Origin: Octopus vulgaris
Taxonomy: Eukaryota
Direction of reading: 5' to 3'
Assembly: GCA_951406725.2 (NCBI GenBank)
Contig: OX597828.1
Coordinates: 38,688,001-38,752,000, forward strand
Length of the DNA: 64,000 nt
Part shown: piece by piece, positions 26,418 through 40,827 of the stretch
How positions within the stretch are numbered: the first letter of the stretch is position 1
How the letters are laid out: every line of letters begins with the position of its first letter
Notes under the pieces: model-generated
What the model was told of the DNA's origin: nothing
The model's input: only the letters and a program-made list of their open reading frames with translations
The model's database searches: none
Translations under genes and position numbers: made by a program

Positions 26418-26949
26418 GTCATCAGCCTATTGTTTTAGCCTATTGCCCTCAGAAATTTATGAGAATAAGCTGACCCCTTGATCTTTCTCAAGGCATTCAT
26501 CATTCTAAGCTGATTAAAGAGCAGAAAGACTTTGTTTCCATTTGACCTAATTTAGCAACAAAGAATATAATTACATGAAACCAAATACCTTTCTTTCTCT
26601 AAGGGTTAATCGGTCCCTGGTCAAAGAGCAACTCTCTCAGTATGTTGACCAATGTGCAAAAATAGATTTATCACCCTTTCGACTTACTTAGATTTTATGA
26701 CTCTATCTCTCTTTAGTAGTAACTCACAAATGAAGCTTACCATAAACAACAGACCATGCAGCTAGAGACAATTTCTTTATTGCAGTGACAAACAACTTGT
26801 GTACACACAACACATCAACGATGTTGTATCTTCTATATTGCAACGATTAACATAATAATCATAAAAAGAAATGGCAGCCTTAATAATTAATTAATATTCT
26901 TCTTTACCATTCATTTATCCAATACAACATATTGATGCACATTCATTTT

Positions 26950-27003
26950 TACATATATGTATGCATCTATATATTTATGTATGTATGTATATATGTATGT
27001 ATG

Positions 27004-27037
<34 letters not shown>

Positions 27038-27495
27038 TGTATGTATCTGTGTATGTATGTATGCATGTATGTATGTATATATCTGTGTATGTATCTGTGT
27101 ATGTATGTATGCATGTATGTATGTATATATCTGTGTATGTATGTATGTATGTATGTATGTATGTATGTATGCATGCATGCATGCATGTATGTATGTATGT
27201 ATGTATGTATGTATGTATGTATGCATGTATGTATGTATGCATATATGTATGTATGTATGCATGCTTGCATGCATGTATGTATGTATGTATGTATGTATGT
27301 ATGTATGTATGTATGTATGTATGTATGTATGTATGTATGCATGCATGCATGCATGTATGTATGTATGTATGTATGTATGTATGTATGTATGTATGTATGC
27401 ATGTATGTATGTATGCATATATGTATGCATGCATGCATGTATGTATGTATGTATGTATGTGTGTGTGTGTGTATGTATGTATGTATGAATATGTA
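26950..27495. repeat. long (TATG)n/(CATG)n microsatellite
   Basis: Direct inspection. Confidence 0.95.
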
Positions 27496-28224
27496 TGGTG
27501 GGGGTTGTTTTTTTCTCTTAGCATCATATGATCGCTGCAAACGAGCTTAATCATCCTAAAAACAATGCTGTTTATTTCCAGTATTTTTGAAAAACATGCT
27601 TGACCAAGCACAGGCATGGCTGTGTAATAAAAAGCTTTCCAACCACATGGTTCTGGGTTCAGTTCCACATCATGGCACCATGAGTAAGTGTCTTCTACTA
27701 TAGCTTCGGGCAGATCAAATCCTTGTGGGTGGATTTGTTAGACAGAATCTGAAAGAAAACCACTGTGTATACATATATATATATATATATATATTGTTGT
27801 AGAGAATTAGTAATAATGGTACATCCCTCCCATGTGATGAATGGAATAACCTAGTCATTATAAATGAAGTACATGAAGGGCCTGAGTACATAGTAGGCAG
27901 TCAGAGATAGTCATGTCTTTACTGGTTTTACTATGTATACTGTATATCGAAGTGGATAACAATCCAGCATTTTAAGGATATAACATGCGTGTGTTTATGT
28001 CTGAGTTTGTTCCCCCACCATCACTTGACAATTGATGTTGTCGTGTTTACGTCCTTCTAACTTAGCAATTCGACAAAAGAGACCGATAGAATAAGTACCA
28101 GGCTTACAAAGAATAAGCCTTGGGGTCAGTTTCTTCGACTACAACTCTTTAAGGTGGTGCTACAGCATGGCCTCAGTCTAATGACAGAAACAAGTAAAAA
28201 GAATAAAAAAGAAAGAATGGGTAA

Positions 28225-28995
28225 ACATCAAGAATATTCTTGTGAACGTGACCTGGGCATTACAGTCAGCAGCGATTTGCTCTTGACAAAGCACATCTCT
28301 AAAATTGTCAAGAAGGCCAAGGGTGTCTTGGCAGCACTCAGCAAGACCTTTGTCAGCTGCTCTCCAGCTCTCTATTTAAGGCTGTATATGGTTATGGTGT
28401 GGCCACACTTGGAATTTGCATCACCTGTCTGGAACCCCTATCTTATTCAGGACATTGACCTCCTGGAAACTGTCCAGAGACATGCAACCAAGCAAATACC
28501 CTTCATCAAGCATCTACCATACTCTGAACACCTTGCTTCCCTGGATAAGGAAATATTGAAGCTCTGACATCTGGCAACTGACTTGGTAAACACCCACAAA
28601 ATTATTAACCACCATGCCAACAACCACCTTGAGCACCTTTTTGAATTCCACGTGTCTAACACATTTGGCCATGCCTACAAAGTTAGAAAACAGCACAGCT
28701 CCCATGACTTTCGGAAACATTTTTTCACATTCAGAGTTGCTGAAGTATGGAACAAACTACCTGCATCAGTTGTTAGCTGCTGAGACATTGCACCCTTCAA
28801 AACCTTCATGCTTCCTGAAATTTGCCAACATTACACCTGATATTGCCCCCTCTATACACATGCACACATATATATCATGACTCATACACTGTTCACTTTC
28901 CTGACTTTTGTACATAATTCTATGTACTGTACATGCACTTTCAATGAGTTGCAGTGCACCTGAACACAATAATTTCATCATCATCATCATCATCA
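28225..28995 (+). mobile_element. CR1-clade LINE, 5'-truncated
   Basis: ERDLGITVSSDL..HLEFASPVWNPY..DIDLLETVQRHATK..RKHFFTFRVAEVWNKLP. Confidence 0.85.
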
Positions 28996-29036
<41 letters not shown>

Positions 29037-29629
29037 ATTATCATTATTATTATCATTACATTGCTTGGAAACAAGTGAGGGTTAGTGAGAGGGGAGGTGT
29101 CTGGCCACAGGGAACCTCCCTTGCCACAATGAATTCTGTTTAACCCATGCAAGTAGACGAATGTGGATGCTGGAACAATCATGGTGATGACAATGACGAT
29201 GACGCTGACGACGATGACGCTGACGACGATGACGCTGACGATGATGACGCTGACGACGATGACGCTGACGATGATGATGGTGATGATGATGACGCCGACG
29301 ACTTTGATGACTAAATTGAATTCCAAAGTGTATTGTGTTTCCTTCAGATCTCCACTGCATTTACACGACAAAACAGAATTGAGAAGAAACAGGCTGTTCA
29401 CAAGCCTGACCAAATTTTTAGTTTCTACCTGAAAATCGGAGAATAATTTAATAACAACACGGCAGGAGAGACATTAAACTTGAGATATGAAATCATGGCT
29501 CTCCTCCACCACCACCACCACCACCACGGCTGCTGCTGCTGCCATTGTCACCTCTATCCAACTTTTGCTGCTGTTTATTCATCCCTCTTCTCCATTTACC
29601 AAACAGAAATAATCTCTTCTTATCATTTT

Positions 29630-29742
29630 TGTATATATATATATATGTATATAGAAATACATTGTGTGTATATGTGTGTGTGTATGTGTGTGTGTGTATT
29701 CCTACATATATACATACATACATATATATATATACATGTATG

Positions 29743-29821
<79 letters not shown>

Positions 29822-30094
29822 ACACATATATACACACACATATACAGACATATACATATATATGTATATATATTTATATACACACATATTCATATATGCA
29901 CATATATTAAGATATATATATATATATGTGTGTGTGTTTATATATTATTCAACATATATTTGTATGTATGCATCTGAATATATATATATATATATATACG
30001 CACATATATATATGTATATATATATACATACATACTTATGTTTAAACACATAGCATATATATATATATAGATAGATAGATATATTCATATATAC

Positions 30095-30135
<41 letters not shown>

Positions 30136-30142
30136 ATACACA

Positions 30143-30183
<41 letters not shown>

Positions 30184-30185
30184 GA
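29630..30185. repeat. (TA)n/(CA)n compound microsatellite
   Basis: Direct inspection. Confidence 0.9.
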
Positions 30186-30351
30186 ATAATCATGTGTGTG
30201 CGTGTGAAATGTGTAAAATAAACAGCTGTTTAGCAGAAACAGAATCTGTCGAGCACTTTCTGACATGGTATATTCTCTTAAGACACAACCCTACAAACTC
30301 CCTCACCTGTTAAATTACAGAGTTGAAAATATACAATGGTATGAAGGTTTT

Positions 30352-30408
<57 letters not shown>

Positions 30409-31065
30409 CTATTGCACACACACACATGCTTATGCACACACACACACACATGCTTATGCACACACACACATATACACATATGCTCATCACTCTCAACAAC
30501 TGTATGGTCACTTAACCAACATGAAATAGCAGCTAAATCTACCTCAAATTCCATTGTACCATCATAAGAATAAGAAGACTCGTTAAATAACGTAATCCTG
30601 GAATACAAGAGATGGTCATAGTTGGATTGCCTTTAGTCATAGATTTCATGATTCAGGGCTAAATAGAAATAAATACCAACAACAACAGCAATGAGTGACA
30701 TGTAATAAGAGAAACTCCTAAACAGTCATTCTGCCTGCTAGAAATAGCAATCAAATCCCTTGCAAATCAAACCCTAATGACTTAAGAAAAGAAGGACATA
30801 TAGAATAATGTTGTCCTAGATGCATTATTATCTTTTTTATTTGATTCTTTTACTCTTTACAGAAATTGAACTGAAGCCACTCTGGGGCATGACCTTGAAG
30901 GAATTAGTCAAAGGAAATGACCCTTGTACTTATTTCTAAATCTGGTATGTATCTATCGGGGTCTTTTGTTGAACTGCTAAGTTACAGGGACATGGACAAA
31001 CTAACACTGGGTGTCAAGCAGTGGTGGGAGAAGGAACAAATGCAAATAATTCACAAATACATTCA

Positions 31066-31105
<40 letters not shown>

Positions 31106-31548
31106 GAATAGGCCAGTTTATGGGGTTACGCTGGGTTTCTCGCTCATAAGGGGTTTAGGCTTATGGCATATCTTCAGACCCCAAATACTGGTAGCCTGAG
31201 ACTGCTATAATGCTAACTGTTCTACATCTTGGAGTGTGCTTCTCCTCCAGATGTATGTATTTCTACAAACGATCCTATATATATATATGCCAAGGGCTGA
31301 ACAGAAAGAACACAAGGAGAATTTAGACAAAAGCCGTTGATTAGATCGACCCCAGTACGCAACAGTTACTTAATTTATCAAACCCGAAAGGCTGAAAGGC
31401 AAAGTCGAACTCAGTGGAATTTCAACTGATAATGTAAAGACAGACGAAATACAGCTAAGCATTTCGGCCAGTGTGCTAATGTTTCTGCCAGTACACCACC
31501 TTACTGGTTATTGCTTGATGCCCTTTCTAATGCCAACCACTTTTAAAA

Positions 31549-32557
31549 TCGTCATCGTCATCGTCATCGTCGTCGTTGTCAATGTCGTAGTGGTAGTTGT
31601 TGGTGTTGTTTTTGTTGTGGTTGTGTTGGTGGCGGCAGTGGCAGTGGTGGTGATGGTGGTGGTGGTGGTGGTGGTGGTGATGATTGTGGTGGTGGTGGTG
31701 GTGGTGGTAGTGGTCATGGTAGTTGTTGATGTTGTTCTTGTTGTGGTTGTGTTGGTGGTGGCGGTAGCAGTGGTGGTGATGGTGGTGATGGTGGTGATGG
31801 TGGTGGTGGTGGTGGTGGTGGTGGTGGTGGTGGTGGTGGTGGTGGTAGTGGTCGTGGTAGTTGTTGATGTTGTTCTTGTTGTGGTGGTGTTGGTGGTGGC
31901 AGCAGCAGTGGTGGTGTTGCTAGTGTTGGGGGGTGGTTGTGGTGATAGTGGTAGCGGTGGTGCTGCTGCCAGTTGTGGTGGTGTTACTGTTGTTGCTGTT
32001 GTTGTTGTTGTTGTTTGGTAGAAGTTGTGATGGTCTTTATGATGCTAGCAGTCGTGTTCCTGATGGTGATAGTGATTGTGATGGTGCAGTAGCAGCTACA
32101 GTAGTTGTGGTGGTGCCAGTGGTGGTGGTTGCAATTGTGGTAGTGGCATCTATTGTTGTAGCATCAGACATTGTATAAATGAGTGTTACGAACGGTACTA
32201 GTTGTAACTATAGTTACAAGTATATACATATGTGATGGTGATGATGGTGATGATGATGATGATAATGATGATGATGATGATGATGATTACAACGATAATG
32301 ATGGTGATGATGAAAAGAAAGAGGAAGAGAGAAGAAGAAGTTGGCAGCTGTGAAGTGATGAAAGTGATTGCGATAATAACAGCTCTGATGATGTTCAAGA
32401 TAAGGTTGCTCCTGCTGCTGCTGATGATGATGATGATGAGGATGATGATGATGATGACGATCATGATCATAATAATGATCATAAAGATAATGATGGTAGT
32501 GGTGGTGGTGATAATGACAATGATGATGGTGATGATGATGATGATGATGATGATGAC

Positions 32558-32614
<57 letters not shown>

Positions 32615-32715
32615 AAGAACCTTAATGATGGTGTAGTTGTTGTTGTTGTTGTTGTTGTTGTGGTGGTGGTGGTGGTGGTGGTGGTGGTGGTGGTGGTGGT
32701 GGTGAGGATGATGAT
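31549..32715. repeat. compound (GGT)n/(GTT)n/(GAT)n trinucleotide arrays
   Basis: Direct inspection. Confidence 0.9.
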
Positions 32716-32812
32716 AGGGAATAGATAAAAGAAGATAATGGGGGTGGGTAATGAGGTGAAAAAAAAATAGAATTCCTGATAGAGAAATCTTAGACATAAA
32801 CTTCTCAATAAA

Positions 32813-32854
<42 letters not shown>

Positions 32855-33212
32855 ACACACGCACACACACACACACATGCACACACACACACACACACAT
32901 GCATGCTCACACACACACTGAGGCACATAATAACTCCACTGTGCGGCACACCCATGCATCCATTTTAGCACACACAACATTAACTTTCTTCTATTAACTT
33001 CCAGCAGAATCTCTGCATTATCTTTCGCTGTTTCAAGTTTAATCATTTATTCTATAACTTAATCCAATTAAATTATATTTTATCTCCAACAGAAACTTGT
33101 TCTTAATGAAAACAGTCTCTCCTTCTGCATTGACAAAACAAAAAAAAAAAAAAAATGAAAATGAAGAAACTAAATAAGCTTAAATTTGCTTCTTCTGTTT
33201 AAACAGCCTCAA

Positions 33213-33342
33213 TATCATTATCGTCATGGTCGTCGTTGTCATCGTCATCGTCATCCCCACCATCATCATCGTCATTATCATTATCATCACCACCACCACA
33301 ATCATCATCATCATTATCGTTATTATCATCATCATCATCATC

Positions 33343-33376
<34 letters not shown>

Positions 33377-33485
33377 CCACCACCAACACCACTACCACCA
33401 CCACCACCTCCACCACTACCACCACCACCATCATCATCATCATTATCATCATCAACACCACCACCACTACTACCACCACCACTAT

Positions 33486-33517
<32 letters not shown>

Positions 33518-33725
33518 TCACCACCACCATCATCATCATCATCATCACCATCATCATCATCACCACCACCAACACCACTGCCACCACCATCATCATCATC
33601 ATCATTATCATCATCAACACTACCACCACTACTACCACCACCACTATCATCACCACCATCATCATCATCATCATCATCATTATCACCAACATCATCTTCT
33701 TTCATCGTCTTCTTCTTCTTCTTCT
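33213..33725. repeat. compound (CAT)n/(CAC)n trinucleotide array
   Basis: Direct inspection. Confidence 0.9.
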
Positions 33726-34104
33726 TTTTCACCTCTCCCCTTCTCTATCCCCAGTAAATTTAATAGCTCTTAAGAATTCCTTTTCGAAAACAATTTGGGG
33801 TGGTGTTATAACCTGTTAGAGAGAGAACAAGCTGGAGGTTGGTGTTGAGGTCGGAATTGGTAGGGGTGAGGGTGGCACCTCTAAGTGACTGCTTGATTTG
33901 CCATGAATAACACCCTGATCTCCCTCCAATTTCATCTAGCTCTTTCAAACAACATGACATACATTGGAAACCATAGTCCTGAATATATAATCTAGGACAA
34001 AATGAAATATGACCGACTCTGTCAGGAATAACCCAAGCTTACAATAACAACAACGACAGCAACAACATGTAAAAAAAAGGAAGTGGCAAAACAACAAAAT
34101 GGAA

Positions 34105-34555
34105 GTGCATAGCTTAGTGGTTAGGCTGCTGGACTCATAACTGGGGAATTTCAACCGTGTTTCATGGTCTGCTACCACAACAGCTCCTTTATAGGATCCA
34201 GTTAGCTCAAGACATCATCAGGAGGAACCACGTCCGGTTTCGGCCCCTACTCCTCTACCGTTTTGACGTGGCGCCCCCCCCCCCCCCTTTCGGAAGTGTC
34301 TTCAGCTTCTGGTGTTGGGTGCGTGTCTTCTTTCTTCTGTTCCCTGGCCTCTTCGATGTATTGTCAGCGAGTGTCAGCCGGTGACTGACTGTCTTGTCAA
34401 ATTTTTCCCTTTAAATACCTGCCGCATAGGCTCCAGCAGGCAGCCCCAGCAAGATTGTGGGTTCAATTCCTGAACCTGGTGATGCATTGGGTTCTTGAGC
34501 AAGATACTTTGTTTCACCTGTTCCAGTCCACTCGGCTGGCAAAAATGAATAATCT
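34105..34555 (+). mobile_element. old tRNA-derived SINE (third family) split by a ~307-bp insert at 34142-34448
   Basis: A-box tagcttagtgg before the insert; B-box ggttcaattcc and cttgagcaagat body after it; related copies at ~39900 and ~50705. Confidence 0.5.
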
Positions 34556-35094
34556 TGACATGGATTACTCATTGCGAATATGGAAACCAGGAAACCAGCC
34601 CTATGAGACTATATGATTCAGGAAGGATCATTAACAACAAGAGGATTATGAAGTTCAGCTTAGTTGGGTCACCTCCAACTGGAACCCTTATCCTCATAAC
34701 CATCAGAGGGCCTGTATAGATAGATAATATGATTTACACATATACACACATCATCATCATCATCATCATCATCATTTAATGTCCGTTTTCCATGCTAGCA
34801 TGGATCGGACGGTTCGACCGGGGTCTAGGAAGCCAGGAGGCTGCACCAGGTTCCAGTCTGATCTAGCAGTGTTTCTACAGCAGGATGCCCTTCCTATCAC
34901 CAGCCACTCCGTGAGTGGAGTGGGTGCTTTTTACGTGCCACTGGCACAGGGGCCAGGGGAGGCTGGCAACGGCCATGATCGGTTGGAGCTTTTTACGTGC
35001 CACCGGCACAGGTATCACAACTACAATTTCCATTTGATTTTTATTTTGATGTTGATGTTACACACATATATGCATATATGATATACACATATAT

Positions 35095-35592
35095 AATAAT
35101 AATAATGAAATTATTGTATATAGTGCTCAGGTGCACCACAACTTGTCAGAAAGTGCATATAGTACATGCAGTAATGTAGAAATGTCTGGAAAGTGAACAT
35201 GCTTGTGTGTGTATGGAGGGGAGAAAATTAAGTGTAGTGTTGGCGAATCTCAGGAAGCATGGAAGTTTTGAAGGATGCAGTGCTCCGACAACTAACAACC
35301 GATGCCGGCAGTTTGTTCCACGCTTCAGCAACTCTCAGCGTGAAAAAATGTTTCCTGAAGTCATGGGAGCTGTGCTGTTTTCTTACTTTGTAAATATGTC
35401 CACGGGTGTTAGATGGGTGGAGTTTGAAGAGGTGCTCAGAGTTATTGTTTGTGCAATGGTTGATAATTTTATGGGTGTCTGCCAAGTCAGCTGCCAGACG
35501 TCGGAGTTTCAATGTGTCCATGCCCAGGGAAGTAAGGCGTTCAGGATATGGCAAATGCCTGATGGAGGGTATTCTTTTGGTTGCACGTCGCT
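35095..35592 (-). mobile_element. CR1-clade LINE 3' fragment with (AAT)n tail
   Basis: PYPERLTSLGMDTLKLRRLAADL..RKHFFTLRVAEAWNKLP. Confidence 0.85.
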
Positions 35593-36257
35593 GTATATAT
35601 ACATATACATATACACATCCATATATATGTGTGTACGTGAGTGTGTATGGGTGTTATATTACATTATATTGTATATTTATAAATAGCTTGCTTACCAACC
35701 ACATGGTTGCGGGTTCAGTCCCACTGTGTGGCACCTTGGGCAAGTGTCTTCTACTATAGCCTCAGGCCGACCAAAGCCTTGTGATTAGATTTAGTAGACA
35801 GAATCTGAAAGAAGCCTGTCATATATATATGTGTGTGTGTGTTTGTGTATGTGTATGTGTGCGTGTGTTTGTGCATGTGTGTATTTGCCCCCCCTCCCCA
35901 ACATCACTTGACAACTGATGCTGGTGTGTTTACATCCCCATAACTCAGAGGTTCAGCAAAAGAGACCGATAAATACTAGGCTTACAAAGAATAAGTTCGG
36001 GGGGTCAATTTGTTTGACTAAAGGTGGTGCTCCAGTATGGCCCCAGTCAAATGACTGAAACAAATAAAAGAATAAAAGAATACATCCTCAATGTTCCATT
36101 TTCTTATAATGTTAATTTTATCTATTACAATAATACATAACATATAGAAATTTTCTTCTAAAGTGATGGAGATTGAACCAGTGATATTTTGGATATATTA
36201 TTCCCTAATGAGGATAAGATACTCCTGAATTGACTATATATATATAAATAATATATA

Positions 36258-36510
36258 TGTAATGTTTTTGTACTTGGTTTGCAAGATTCTTTACGGGAAT
36301 TTGTGTGTTGAAGCATATTTTATTGTGTCTGGGAAGAATCATCCTTTTAATGTCTTATTAATTAACACACTCACAAGTTCAATTTCTACTCATTTACTTA
36401 TTCATTTCTTCTAATATCTTTGTTGCTTTTTGCAACCTCTTCAATAGCTGTTGATGCATTAATTACTAAGTCCCAAGTCATTAAGAATAACTCTCCCCAG
36501 ACACAATCAT
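36258..36510. mobile_element. Penelope-like remnant with inverted arms and a degenerate hammerhead
   Basis: Homologous to 9075-9330; minus-strand CTA TTGAAGA G GTTGC aaaaa GCAAC; (TA)n on both sides. Confidence 0.5.
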
Positions 36511-36528
36511 ATATATATATATATATAC

Positions 36529-36559
<31 letters not shown>

Positions 36560-36569
36560 TATATAAATA

Positions 36570-37793
36570 TCAAAACTTTTGACGAAATAGAGGAGGATAT
36601 AGCATCACATAATGTGGAAGACAACTGGAGGTTCCTATGGGACAACCTGTTGCAGGCTACTGACCAGATCAGTGGATGGTGCAAAGTCCCCTCTCAACCT
36701 AAATTAATGTGGTAGTGGAACAATGTAGTTGACAGGGCCATTAAGGAAAAGAAACAGGCATGGAAGGACTGGAAGAACAGTGGTAGCAGAGAATTGTATC
36801 AGATTGCCAGAAGGGAAGCTAGGAGACGGATTTACTTAGCCAGAGGGGAAGCAGATAAGAAAAAATTTGCCAATGTTCTGCATTGTGAGGACCAAAGATT
36901 TGAAATGCTTCATGCTGCAAGACAGTGTGTGAGGGAGAATCGTAATGTCATAGGAGAGAAATGTGTCCTCATGGATGATGGCTCACTTGCATTTAATGAG
37001 GCTGTAAAGAGAGAGGATTGGAGACACCACTATGAAAGGTTGCTAAATGAAGAGAATGAATGGGAGAAAGAGTCTGACAAATGTCAACCCAATAGAGAGA
37101 TCGGCTATCCGAATTGAAAGTACCTTGGTAGATAAAGTAATTAAGGGTATGAAGACAGGAAAAGCCCCCAACCCATCAGGAATTACTGCAGAGATGCTTA
37201 AAATATCTGGCAGTGTAGGCTATAGTCTAGTCACCCATATAGTCAATCAGGTGATACAGAAGGAGTCATACCCAATGATTGGTGTAGCAGCACCATAATC
37301 AACTACTACAAAGGTAAAGGTGATGCATTAGATACAAATAATTACAGAGGTATCAAATTATTGGATCAGGTGATGAAAGTCACAGAGAGGGTCATAGCCC
37401 AACTAATTAGGGAGAGAGTTTGTTTAGACAAGCTGCAATTTGGATTTGTGCCATGGAGAAGCACCACAGATGCTATATTTCTGCTAAGACGGCTGCAGGA
37501 GAAACACCTAGCCAAAGATAAACCTCTGTACTTGGCTTCCATTGACATGGTGAAAGCTTTTGACAGGGTCCCCCAATCCTTTATCTGGTGGTCAATGCAG
37601 AAACTGGCCCAGGTGCTGGTAGCATGTAAAAAGCACTCACTACACTCTCGGAGTGGTTGGCGTCAGGAAGGACATCCAGCTGTAGAAACCTTACCAGATC
37701 AGATTGGAGCCTGGTGCAGCCTTCTGGCTTGCCAGTCCTCAGTCAAACCGTCAAACCCATGCCAGCATGGAAAGCAGACGTTAAATGATGATA

Positions 37794-37836
<43 letters not shown>
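36570..37836 (+). mobile_element. RTE LINE, internally deleted, RT pseudogene
   Basis: MKTGKAPNPSGITAEMLK, NYRGIKLL, QFGFVPWRSTTDAIF, DMVKAFDRVP, joined directly to the RTE 3'UTR and (GAT)n. Confidence 0.85.
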
Positions 37837-37837
<1 letters not shown>

Positions 37838-38789
37838 ATATATATATACACACATACATACATCAAGTAATGTTTAAATGTTTTACTTATTTTGTGTTCC
37901 TCTACAATTCTGAGTCATGATTTTCTCAAAAGGAGTGGCTCTGATTTATTTAAACACAGAGGATTAAAAAAAAAAAATGTTATTGCTTCTTATCTTGTTC
38001 TCATGTCACTCATCTCATCTCATATTTTCCTAACACACACAATGATCAGTTACCGATTGCAACTAAATCACACCACTTTTCCATCACTTCAAGAACTGTT
38101 TATTAAGGAAGAAACTAAACAGCATTTTGCTAAAAGATATTTTTTGAAACCTCACCTTCTTTCATGGCAAGCGCAAACTGTAAGTAGTCAGAAAGAGTAA
38201 GCAAACAACACCTTGTTATCGACTATTCACAAACAATAAATCATTTGTACTTTCTTAGACACCTGTCCACTTCTTAATTTTGAAGATCTCGTATATTCTA
38301 TTTCCTGCAATAACTTCTGCTGTGAAATGAATCTAAATATATTATATCAGATTCTGCACAACAGTGACAATAAGAGGAGGTATACAAAATGTATTTCAAA
38401 CAGATGAAGGTTTATTTCAGTTTTCAAGGTTAGTCTTTGACGTAAGTAATGCCGTGGTTTGTTTCATAGAGTGATGTATTGTATACTTACTGATAATTAT
38501 TTCAAAATGGTCCATGCCTGTCTCAACAATCTTATTGCCACTGGCAAAACTACTGCGGAACACAATAGAAACTCGGTTTGATTTATTCCAGTGGCTAACA
38601 AACTCAATATTGCAATGAGCAATAAACATATATCTTTTCTTTCAAATGCTCATTTGTTACCTAGGATACAAAATAGAAAATAGTTCTCAGTAACCCAATC
38701 TAGAAAGATTCAAACCTTTTGTTGGTTATCTTTCATGTAACGATGCTAAACAACTACAAAGTTACTGGGTTTGCTTAAAACTACAAATA

Positions 38790-39180
38790 GTAAGTTTTTG
38801 TATTTGGCGTGCAAGGTTCTAGGTTGAAACAGATTTTGTTGTATCTTGGAAGGGTCGTTATGCCAACAATAAACACATGCACTGGTTCTATTTCACTTCT
38901 TTATTTTCAGTTAACTGGTTAGTTATCTAACCAACTAACTAATCGATTGCTTACTCAATCACTCAGTTAGAGAGGGAATGTAACTGATGAAGTTGCTAAT
39001 GGAGGTAAAAGAACTTTCACAAACAACTGAGTGATTGATAAACTGGGTGATTAAGCAAGCAATTGATTAGTTTGTAGGTTAAGCAAATAACCAATTGACT
39101 AATGATAAAGAAGTGAAACTGAAACAGTGTGTGTGTTTATTATTGGTGTAATGACCTTCCCAAAAGACAGTAAATTCAAA
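38790..39180. mobile_element. old Penelope-like fold-back remnant
   Basis: ~140-bp diverged inverted arms (38830-38968 / 39024-39175); CTGATGA at 38984 in the spacer; left end resembles 9075 and 36258. Confidence 0.45.
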
Positions 39181-40827
39181 TATCAATACCTGTCTCAACT
39201 ATTTGACTTAAATTTCCCCTAGATGTTGAGAGTGAGCCCTCTGAAACTACCATTTTAAGTGTCCTTTCACATTATAATAAACCTGTTACTTTCTTCTCAA
39301 GAACTTTTCCTAACCCTGAACAAAATGTCACACCAATTGGAAAGGAAGCTACTGCTACCATAGACAAAGTTAAGAAATGGCAAACTTCTTTTATTTCAAG
39401 GATATTTTATATTACACACTGATCAAAAAGCAATCACATTCATATTTAGTCACAAAGGTATTGGAAATATAACAAGAGTGCCCAGAGATTGCAAACCTTC
39501 ACCAAGGCAACATCAACGTTCTCTCAATGATTAGCCGAAGATAATTTTTTAAATGAGAATATCTGAAATAAACTCGACTGCACTCACAAGCGAGAATACT
39601 AAAAATGAACCCAACTGCTCCCAAAAATTAAGTAAAAAAAAACCTGAAAAATAGTCCAGAATCTTTGTCCAGGACCAGATCAATCCCAAAATTTAACTAG
39701 ACATGAGGTCAAACATCCCTAAAAGTTTCATCCAAATCCATCCATCAGTTCTTGAAATATCTTGTCCATGAACAAACAAACAAACACAACTAAAAACAAT
39801 ACCTCCACCTTTGCCAAGGCAGAGGTAATAAATAATAATAAATTCCTAGTGAGTTGACGGTTTTTCGTCTCATCGCTATAATGTATTGTCTGAAAATACA
39901 TGTCTTAGTCATTAAGGTATTCAGTTTATGGTCATATGGACATGGGTTCCCAGCGACACATCGTGTCCCTGAGCAAGACACTTTATTTCACATTGCTCTA
40001 GTCTACTCACCTGGCAAAAATGAGTAATACCTGTAATTCAAAGGGCCAGCCTTGTCACATTCTGTGTCATGCTGTATCTTCTCCCTGCGAACTATATTAA
40101 GGGTACATGTGTTTGTGGAGTACTCAGCCAATTGCATTTTAATTTCCCAAGCATGACTGTTCCATCGAGTGGATTAACTAGAACTTTTATCATCATGACC
40201 AATGGAATGCCAGTTTGTTTTTTGGGTTTTTTTCCCCCAATTTAAATGTATTGTATGAATATTTTGTATAACACTTGAAAACAATTTGTCTGTACAATAG
40301 GTTTGCTGACATAAAAAGGGGGAATTTTGACTCCTTTTGAAGACTTCATTAGCAGCCATGCACTACCTTTAACTCTTTCATTACCATATTTATTTCGAGA
40401 TGCTCTGTCATCATCATCATCATCATCGTTAACGTCCACTTTCCATGCTAGCATGGGTTGGACGATTTGACTGAGGTCTGGTGAACCAGATGGCTACACC
40501 AGACTCCAATCTGATCTGGCAGAGTTTCTACAGTTGGATGCCCTTCTAAATGCCAACCCTTCCTAACACCATGCTCTTCCTAACGCCATGTCCTTCCTAA
40601 TGCCATCGCTTTAAATTAATTTTAAATATAACAAAGAATTTAGTAAAATAACTTAGTTATCATTCAGCTGGTGTTAGGAACATAAATTGTGACTAAGGTT
40701 TGGTAGAAGATTTTAATTCAGACCTTATGAAAACAAGACATTTGTACTGCAGAGCCAGAGGTGGCTTCAGCTGGGTTGGTATCAAAAGGGTCAAATATAT
40801 AGTAATGTAATATCTCATTTCACTGCA

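Noticed and set aside
26911-27668. 150-233 aa ORFs (MYVC / HTYI repeats)
   Set aside because: Translations of stop-free (TATG)n microsatellite; same for ORFs at 3.9, 8.4, 12, 29.5 and 56.7 kb
31473-33819. PolyV/M/H/D/S ORFs
   Set aside because: Trinucleotide arrays open in most frames, with no domain or splice evidence
34145-34310. Hammerhead from minus-strand CTGATGA / CTGAAGA plus GAAAC
   Set aside because: No consistent helices I and II could be drawn
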